DNA from: Tubiluchus corallicola
Lineage: Eukaryota > Animalia > Priapulida
DNA: 64,000 nt
Assembly: GCA_030141605.1 (NCBI GenBank)
Contig: JAQGDQ010000113.1
Location: forward strand, 248,001 to 312,000
Reading direction: 5' to 3'
Shown: piece by piece, positions 54,985 to 64,000 of the stretch
Layout: every line of letters begins with the position of its first letter
Numbering within the stretch: position 1 is the stretch's first letter
The notes under the pieces: model-generated
The model's database searches: none
Told to the model about the DNA's origin: nothing
What the model saw: only the letters and a program-made list of their open reading frames with translations
Position numbers and translations under genes: made by a program

Positions 54985-57900
54985 TTCTCACCTTTCTCAC
55001 CATCCTCCTGGTAGATTTTCATCTGTCAGCCGGCGAACACTTGATAACGTCTCTCCAGGTGTCTCTGTCTTCATACGTCTTCTCCTCCTCCACATCCACC
55101 AGTCGGATTCCTCTCCTCGCAAGCGCCTCTCCAACTCCATCAAGCCATCTCTTCCGGGACCTTCCCACTGGTCTTTTGCCTTGCAGCTTCCATTCAAGAT
55201 ATTTCTTTGCCAGTCTCGTGTCGTCCATCCGCTTAATATGCCCATACCACCTCAACTTGCTCTCCTCAATCTCTCTCAAGAGTGGTTTCACTGAGAGGTC
55301 TGACCTTATCGGTTCACTTCTGAGTCTGTCTATCCTTGTTGCACCCCTTATAGTCCGAAGAACTTTCATTTCCGCTGCCTGTAGTCTTGAGGATGTCTTC
55401 GTTGTAAGTGACCAACATTCAGCTCCATATGTTAGTATTGGTTTCAATATTGTGTTATATATAGTTGTCTTGACTTGCTTGGGTATGCACTTCTCTTTCA
55501 ATAGGGGATACGTCATCATAAAATTTCTTGTATATTTCTCAATCCTCGCACTCAACTCCGTTTCCTGAATATTTCCTTCATCCACAACCACCCCAAGGTA
55601 TTTATAGGAATTTGCCTGGTGCAGCTTCCTGTCTTCCATATACACATCAAATTCCTCTCATCTACCGCTTATGTGCATGAACTCAGTCTTTCCCTTTGCC
55701 GTGTTTATGCTCATTACATTATTATTCATTGTTGATAACCATGAACTGGCCACACCCTGCAGTTCTTGTATGGTGTCCACCATCACTGCCACGTCGTCCG
55801 CGTAGGCGAGGACTTGCTGGTTTGGTCGTGGGTTTGTATCTCTGATGCACTTGTCCATGAATATGATATATAGGAGCGGGGACAACCCGTCTCCTTGTCT
55901 TACACCTGCTTCGATGTTAAACCAGTCAGTCTCCACGTCACCTTTTCTTACCTTACTCACACTATTGCTATAGATGCCCTTGATAACTCTTATCAGCTTT
56001 TTGGGAACAGAATACGGCGGCTCCGACATAATCTTCCAAAGCAGCTTTCTTGGGACACGGTCAAAAGCTTTCTCCATATCAATGAAGAGAGCAAATTTGT
56101 CCCTTCCCCACTCCCAGCTTTTCTCCATTATCATCTTCATCACAAACACAAGATCTGATGTACTTCGTCCTGGTCGAAATCCGTACTGCCATTCTCCCAA
56201 TCTAACCTCGACATGTGTACGAAGCTTCCTCTCGATTATACTACTGTATAGCTTTCCACAGTGGGACAATAGGGAAATGCCCCTAAAATTTTCACAAAGA
56301 GCTTTATCTCCCTTTTTAAATATCGGGTTAATGACTCCTCTCTGCCACTCTGGTGGTACAGTTTCTTGTCTGTATGCGTCCTGCATTATGGTTAGCAGGA
56401 GCTTCTGCGCCTCCTCCCCAGCTTCCTTCACAACTTCTACAGGGAGGTCATCATCTCCTGTTGCTTTACCTCTCTTCATCCGTGTTATGGCCCCCGAGAT
56501 CTCAGCTCCCGTGATGTCCTCGATGAGTTCATTCGGGTCGATCTCTAGGTCCACATCCACTTCCAATTCTTCACTTCCTCGTACGTTGAGCAAATCATCA
56601 AAGTAGTCTGTCCATCTGTTAGCGATGTCATCTGGTTGCACGAGCAATTGTCCATTTTGATCTTTAATTGCATAGGTTTGTTCTTTAGCACTACTTCTGT
56701 AATTCTTTGTCATTGAGTAGAGCAATTTCTTTGTTCCCGCATGGTCAGCCTTCAAATCCTCTCCGATGTTTTCCCACACTCTATTCTTTTCTTCTTTCTT
56801 TACTTTTTCAGCTCGATTCCTGGCTAGTTCGTATTCTCATCTATCTTCGGGTCTTCTTCTCTTCATCCACTTTCTGAACCATCTCATCTTCTCTTTAACT
56901 GCACTCTTTACTGCTTCCGTCCACCAAGGTGTAGTTTTCTTCCTTCCTTGATACGACTTTTTAGAGCCCAATGTATCTGCTGCGGCAGATGAAACGATTT
57001 CTTTATATGTTTCCCAGTCTCTATTTTCAGCTTCCACTATTTTGTTGTTTATAACTTCTCTCATAGTGTCGGCAGTCTCTGAGTTTCTCAATTTTTCTAT
57101 ATTAAATCTCTGTTTCCCCTTCTTTTTCGGTAGCTTTTCTGTTTTCCATGTCAGTGTTGCTATCACCATTCTGTGCGTGGAGTCCATAGACAGCGATGGC
57201 ACAGCACGCACATTCTGGAATATTCGCTTGTCTGTGGTCAAAAAGAGATCTATCATCGACTTGCTGACGTACTGCTGCGCTTCGCTGTTCCAACCGTAGT
57301 ACGTCCATTTATGACTATCTCGGTGTTTATAGAAGGTATTCATTATAGCCAACCCGTTTAGCAGACCATAGTTAATTATCCTGCCTCCCTCCTCATTCCT
57401 GTCGCCAAAACTAAACGCTCCGACCACTGTTTCAACGTGATCTCTCACACATCCAATGTGTCCATTGAAGTCTTCACAAACTATTAATTTTTCTTTGTAT
57501 CTTGCTGTATCTGTGACATCTTGTAGGTCTTGGTAAAATTGATCTTTTTCCTGGGATGGTCTTCCACTTTTCGGGGCATAAACCTCAATTAAGGAAAAGA
57601 CCACTGTCTTTGTCTTGATGGAAATACCAATGATTCTCTCTGAGACACTATCAACCTTCTCCACATAGGGAGCCAGATCCGATGAGAGAACTACTCCAAC
57701 ACCGTGCCTCCCATCATCCTGTCCGCTGTAAATCAGTTTGTAGTTTTCATGCAGGATCTTTTCTCCACTACCCCTCATCCTGGTCTCACTGAGACCAACA
57801 ATTGCGAGATTCCTGTCTTTCATTATATGCACCACCTCTTCCTCCTTCCCTCTCATCGTTGAAATGTTAATTATTGCAATTTTAAATTTAGTTGCCTTTC

Positions 57901-58160
57901 TACTCTTGGAATTCATGGCACCGGAGATTCTTAGCACCCCCTGCCCATTTAAGGGCTGCCGGGGACTGGGGGCCGTTGTTTCAGTTGTGTTCGCCATGAG
58001 TTACTTGAGCAAAAAGTACTTCAGTGACTTGCTAGGTCTATCCTGAAGGATTTGGTCCACAGCTCCTTATTTGAATATTCGGAGCACCCTGGCTCGTGAG
58101 CCGGGGGTCCCCCATCCGCCACCCGGGGGATGCGCCCGGTAGAGGTTTACTCCCCCCGGG
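54985..58160 (-). mobile_element. Full-length RTE-clade non-LTR retrotransposon (3176 bp)
   Basis: 12-bp TSD TGTAATAAGAAT (54973-54984 and 58161-58172); single long frame with AP endonuclease and RT; short 3' UTR ending in a GGTGAGAA(A) repeat; composition differs from the flanks. Confidence 0.95.
55019..57997 (-). pseudogene. RTE APE-RT ORF interrupted by two in-frame TGA codons
   Basis: The three listed ORFs share one frame. APE motifs GLSETR, VYAP, DFNGHIG, IDLFL, STH; RT motifs RGISLL, QYGFRPGRST, FIDMEKAFD, QGDGLSP, YADD, YKYLG, LRWYGH. Stops at 56837-56839 and 55658-55660. Confidence 0.92.
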
Positions 58161-58357
58161 TGTAATAAGAATAAGAAAAAGAATAATAAGAAGAACAAGA
58201 ACAAGAACAGGAACAAGAACAAGAACAAAAATAGGAATATAAACAAGAATAGAATAACAGCTATATTAAAACAATGAGGCCAAATTCAGATAAGTTGAAG
58301 TTATTAGTCCTATAACTACCAAATGATTGTTGATTACGCAAAATGACATTTTTTCAG

Positions 58358-61300
58358 AACCAAATGTCGACCAGACGACCAAAAATGCTGCAAATTATGA
58401 GGAAAAGAAGAAAGACAAAGTGGATGAAGTTGGACTCAAAAAGGAATTGGGACTGGTTACAGCGTGTGCCCTTATTATAGGGACCATGATTGGTTCTGGG
58501 ATTTTTATATCACCAAAAAGTGTGCTCAGATTATCGGGTTCAGTTGGAATTTCATTGTTTGTTTGGGCTGGCTGTGGAATACTTGCTATGCTAGGTAGGC
58601 ATGGGAATACCTCATACTTACTATGCTGGGTAGGCTTGGCTTTTCCTTATACTGTGATTCCTAAAGACATTTTAAGTCATTTTTGTAATTACGTAGTCTT
58701 AATTGTATAAATCGTTATATTGTTAATCATTAATTGAAATTTTTGCACGCTTGTTAGAGAGTTTTTAGCTTCGCAATGCAGTTTTTCGTATTTTAATCAA
58801 AATTGAAGACTCACTGGTTTCAAGGGTTTTATTTTCTTGGTGTATTTTGGACCCTCTTTATACATTTTATAATTTTATGCAAATTTATTATCTTTGTGTG
58901 TAACGTTAGAATTGTAATTATTGTAAAGTATTCTAGAGCATGCAGATACGGATAGCGAAATAAAATAAGCTTATAAGGTGCAGCTTGCTGTTGCTCTTCT
59001 TTGCTTACACATTTTATCAAGCAGGCTCAGTTTCAAAGATTTGCCCGGGATGTTTCTGTTTTTGCTTTTTGTTGTATACACAGTATTGCATTATAGAAGT
59101 TTAATTATTAATGAATGTGCTCATATTTTTCTAGCCCTACGGCAGTGGGATGTATTTACCTCTCGTGACGAAACATGCAAACTATAAAAATAATGAAAAA
59201 AATCACATCTTTATCGATTTTGTTTCACGCCTTGGAGCGTTATAGTCTCCAACCAGTTTTCTGTAGTTCGCTTTTCCGATAGCTTACACAATTTTTCGCT
59301 CGCAAAATTTTAATGCATTTTACTAGGCCTACAGTCCTTACATTATACTACATTGTAGGTGCACTATGTTACGCGGAACTAGGCACTTCAATTCCAATCT
59401 CTGGTGCCGAGTTTGCTTACTACATGGAGGCTTGGGGGAAGAGCAAAAAACACAACTTCTTGGGTCCAATGCCAGCATTTTTGTTTGCATGGACCATAGC
59501 CACCATGTTAAAACCGTCTAGCTTGGCAGTTTTGACTCTTTCTTTTGCTACGTACGTTTTGTCTCCACTTTACGAATGCGGGGCACCCGAGTATTTATTG
59601 AAACTTACGGCGGCTTTGGCGATATGTAAGTAAAAGTACGTTTACACAGTTTTTCTTAAGTGTTAAATGGTGATTCCAACATGAATCTTTTCAGTTTTAG
59701 CGCACAGATACTTCAGAAAGGGATACAAATGATTGTTTTGTGAACTGACTTTATTTATTTGTACCATTTATTCGTACTGATGAGGTACTATCAATTCGGG
59801 AAATAACAAAATCACAACAAATGATAAGAAAAGGTAAAAAAACAAGAGTCAAATTAAAATAAATTTGTTAAAGAAAAGCAAAAAATCATTGCAGCAATTT
59901 GAGTTATAATTATGGTCTCAACAAATGGTCAGATAGTTTAAAACTTCATATAGCTGGGAATATTATTCTGCATTTCGACTTCTCACTTGTTCTCTCTTGA
60001 CGACAGACTTGAAAACGTTTTGAAAATAATAACCTATTTAATAATGTAACTTTTGACATGTAGTGGTCAACGTTTGTCGTTTGACATGCACTGACTGAAC
60101 ACTGAAATCTAACCATTCCGAGGACGGTCCATAACTAGCTTACCTTTAGATTTCGAGTTTTTGTGGACAACAATAATAATCTCTTTTGAAATAGATGTAC
60201 ATTTTTACAATTTGTAGGTGTATTAGCCGCCGTTAATTGCATAAGTGTGAATTATGCAGCGAGAGTTCAAAATCTTTTCACCGTGGCCAAGCTTTCCGCT
60301 CTTTTCATAATCATCATAGGTGGAATCGTGAACCTCTTTAAAGGTAATCTATGCTCATTGTTTTTTACATATAAATTGCTTTACATGTTACCTTTGCAGA
60401 GCCATTACTGTTTTCGTTATCACCATTTTCGTTGTTGATCGCAGTCTAGAATATGCCTTTTCACAAATTCGTTGTGCGATGTACCATAGCAACGCGTCTT
60501 AACTACAACCGTCGCGTGACATGTGTATGTGAAGCAAAGCCGTCTGCCCCATCAGTTGTTTTACGTGGACTTTACTTAATTATGCATTAGTCTGTGCGTA
60601 GAGCAATTTACTAGCAGGATCTTGCTTGGGTACAAGAAAAATGGACTAGATAAGGTTCTAGCTAGCCGCTAAGACTGTTACTATTACAATAGCTTGGGCT
60701 ACGAGGCGTTGATAAGTGTACTCGAATGCGTTGTCTGGTACACTTAATCTTTGACCTTTTCACGATCATCGTTAATGGCTAAAACTGCGAAAAGGCTTAT
60801 TGAAATCTGCATCAGCCATAATAGCTCAAACAGATAGAACACAAGATTCTGAGTTCAAATCATGGTCGACTGACAGTTTTTAGAGCCTTCCTCCTTCTCA
60901 ATTTAACTGTTGATTTTCAGTACTATTAGAGCTGTTGGTGGGGGCAAAAATGCTATAGATATGACAATTGTGGGAGGAGGAAGCACCCGGGACCTTCTAA
61001 CAGCCGTGGAGTTCATGCAAATGGATATGTGATCATTTTTTATTTCTACATTTCAGGATGGACTGAAAATCTGCATAATGGATTTGACAGGTTTGATGAA
61101 GATGTCCACACATCTTTTTCGAAGCTAGCTTTAGCGTTCTACAGTGGACTGTGGGCTTACGATGGATGGAACAATTTGAACTTTGTAGTTGAAGAACTTA
61201 AACGTTCTAAGTAAGTGCGTGTTTTGCCGGTGCCTGTAAGTTGTTTGAAACAAGTTTACATAACATAGCGTAAAGTCTTAAAAATAATCAAAGCATTCGT

Positions 61301-62882
61301 ACGACATACTTCGCCAAATAAGCAAAAGTTTAAATTACTTCATATTGTCGATAAGATCAATAATGTGTTTTTGGTGAATCAGTGGCGGACACTAGGATAA
61401 CGATGCAATGCCGCTTTACCACGTGGCGCGATTGTTAAGAATAAGTCTTTTAAACGGGCAAATGTAATGCCCAATAATATGACTTTGTATAGAAAGTTTT
61501 TTGGAACCTGCTTTAAATTCCACTTTTTCCCAGTTAAACGCTACGTTTTCATACTTGCTGTGCTAAAAAGGTCCCGTCTGTTATTCAGTTACTAAACTAT
61601 AATTAGACTAGCTAACTAACTTTTTTAACTTAAATTTTTTACTCTCTCGCGATAACGATTTTAAAACATTGTACATGTACTTGCATTTGTGGTTTACGTA
61701 CAGATGTGTGCTGGAAACCCATACATAGCAAAAACGCCGAAAAATCTACGGTCCGCCCTGACCATTAATATAAATAGCATACAAAATGTACATGTAGTTT
61801 GATCAATGATAACAAGTAGTGATGAATAATAAATGACGGTCAGTAAACAACTTTCCATACGGGATGTTAACTATTAATACTATTACCCTACATGATTTTA
61901 CCGATGATTGAAGTATAAACATGCATATTCAGGTGTGAAATAATTATATGGTAACTTGATTAACAACGATTATAAAAAACGCGTACGTTACTGTTATCAA
62001 GTATACAAACAGCGGAATAAGTATTGTGGACGAACAATTTACAATGCCAGGTAAAGGATTTATAACCATGAGTATGAACTTTATCAGTTACATAACTCGG
62101 AAAATAGTACGGTTTAGAAATATTAAATGTAAATTAGGTGGACGTATAGTTTCTCCAGCTCTTGCAGGGTAATCATGGGAATCAGTTAGTCAGTTGTAAG
62201 TTTTGTAATTTACTCAGTTTATAATTTGCTGTTTTAAACTGTAATTTGAGTAAAGCATTCGGTAATTCACTTGGCATTTGACGTTAACAAAGTCGGCTCT
62301 CGCGATTGCTGACTAGCTCATTCTGATAATAGAGAGATTTCAGCGTACAAAGACGAAAGCAAAAGCGTGTCCAACATGTTTACATTATGATCTGTAATGT
62401 TGTAATTATTGACTGACCAAATATTACACATTATGCTTATGCTATTTGTTTTATAAGTAGTTGAGTCGAGAAGGTCACACTATGTATAAAGCCTGATGTG
62501 CTGTTAAACTTTATAGTCATTCTACTGTATGAATATTACTCCATCCAGCAGTAAAGCGTGAGCGAAGCAAATTGTCAGAAAAAGCGACAAAAACAAACTC
62601 AGCTTGTGTTTTTAATAATGTTCTATACCAGGGCCTTCTAAAGGCTCGTTAATATGAGATGATGGAAAGATGCAAAAATATATCCACACAAGCCTCACAT
62701 ATAATGAACTAACTGCATGACTGAGCCAAAGATGTTTTAATTCTAACGTGTTTTTTCTTTATTATTATTCTTTAACGTGGACTGTTAAATCAGCTAATTT
62801 GTCAAACGAAAAACCAAACTACCTTACTTTTAGATACCACGCATGCGCAGAGGTGCAAATTATTCTTTATTGTTCTATAGCT

Positions 62883-62973
<91 letters not shown>

Positions 62974-64000
62974 TCAAGTCAAATTATGAGTTTTACTGGG
63001 TTTTACAATCTAAAAATAAATCTTGTTCATACGGCGAAATGTCAAACTGCATGGCTAATTTACTAAACAACGAAAGGAGTCCAAGCTTAACTAATGTACT
63101 CAATGATTCGTTATAAGCAAACAATTTGTCAGCTTAATTGGCGTATTTGCTTAAATCTGATTAATAAAGTCCCTTGGAATCGAACACATTTCTCATTTTT
63201 GATAAGTAAAAATAACAAATGAAACGTACAATTTTTACATTGTGCATTTGATTTCTAAAGTGCATTAGCACAGCAGTTACAAGTCAACAACGGTTTTTGA
63301 GTTTCGTGATGGTATAGAAAAACAGGATGATTTTCACATCTTACTTCATTTTCAAATACGGTGAAAAGTATACATTTTAACACCTATAATAATGCCAGAG
63401 CATTTCCGACAATTTAAAAATAGGTTAAAAACTTAACTAACGGCAGACGAGCCCAGCTAGTGACGACATAACAACTGAACATAATTTTGAATAGTACAAA
63501 CATTCCAAAAGCGTGTTGCATCTATTTGCAAAAGGGAGAATTGAAGTAGAGTGCTACTGCACAAAATTCAATCTGATATACAAAAACTCGACAAGTTTTA
63601 AGTTTAAAAATTTAAATTTCAAGTTTATCAGTGCGCTCACAGATCAGTGAGCTTTCGAGCGTGTGTGCCACATCACAACTGAACATCTCTGAACTGAGAG
63701 GAACAGCACCTGTTTTTGTGCCACGCGATTCTCAGATGCAGGCGCTAGCGCTCATGTAACTAGCGAATGGCGAAATGCATGTAACAGGGAAGAAATAGCC
63801 GCGTGAACGCGAAATTAGATTCCTGTGGTAATAATTTATTTCACGTAAGACATTCTTGGAGTAATAATATGTGCACTTTCAATATTTTATAGAGAAGATG
63901 GCTTTGCGCTGTAGTATAAGATTGCGTCTGATTTTCCGTTAAATTATCTTTATCTTTTATATTTTTGCTATTTCCAGAGACTTGACTAGAGCCATTCTAA
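58358..64000 (+). CDS. SLC7A9: SLC7A9/b(0,+)AT-like amino-acid transporter, paralog C (partial; runs off the right edge)
   Basis: join(58358-58594,59359-59625,60218-60343,61057-61210,63978->64000); sizes 267/126/154 as in A and B. Motifs [51 protein letters not shown]. Confidence 0.92.
60815..60875 (+). pseudogene. Degenerate tRNA-derived sequence (SINE head or tRNA pseudogene)
   Basis: GCCATAATAGCTCAAACAGATAGA (A-box-like) and GAGTTCAAATC (B-box-like); no complete cloverleaf. Confidence 0.4.
61278..61516 (+). mobile_element. Third copy (right part) of the TTAA-bounded element family
   Basis: aaaataatca.agcattcgta, atattgtc.ataa.atcaataatgt.tttttggtgaatcagt shared with 47795-47900; ends GCTTTAA. 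Confidence 0.65.
62884..62970. repeat. (GA)n microsatellite
   Basis: Direct inspection. Confidence 0.97.
63322..63945 (+). repeat. ~600-bp dispersed repeat, homologous to 44720-45320
   Basis: Same collinear blocks as 44720-45320. Confidence 0.85.

Noticed and set aside
55041-58046. Plus-strand ORFs over the RTE
   Set aside because: Antisense shadows of the retrotransposon ORF.
58090-58160. HDV-like ribozyme call for the RTE 5' end
   Set aside because: A P3/L3-like segment exists but no P1 5' strand or complete double pseudoknot could be built; kept only as an unclassified structured RNA.
59776-59815. CTGATGA...GAAA hammerhead-like words
   Set aside because: No stem II or stem I pairing.

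Overview
AT-rich, intron-containing animal (invertebrate-like) genomic DNA with GT-AG introns and many microsatellites and transposon remnants; nothing prokaryotic and no CRISPR. Genes: (1) the first coding exon of a secreted NIDO-domain (nidogen/SNED1/tectorin-like) gene on the minus strand, continuing off the left edge; (2) a full-length NEK1 kinase whose 1328-aa CDS has no introns (21085-25071); (3) a tandem array of three SLC7A9/b(0,+)AT-like amino-acid transporter genes. Genes A (29979-38210) and B (39342-49115) are complete 9-exon models; gene C is truncated by the window end. A and B carry an Asp-Gly to Asn-Ser change in the TM6 substrate-binding motif, while C keeps the ancestral form. 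A full-length RTE-clade LINE (54985-58160, 12-bp TSD, structured GC-rich 5' UTR, two in-frame TGA stops in identical context) lies antisense in the probable first intron of gene C. There are also decayed LINE fragments, MITEs (one nested), SINE remnants and a degenerate hammerhead-like motif. All calls come from reading the sequence by eye and from family knowledge; no searches were run.
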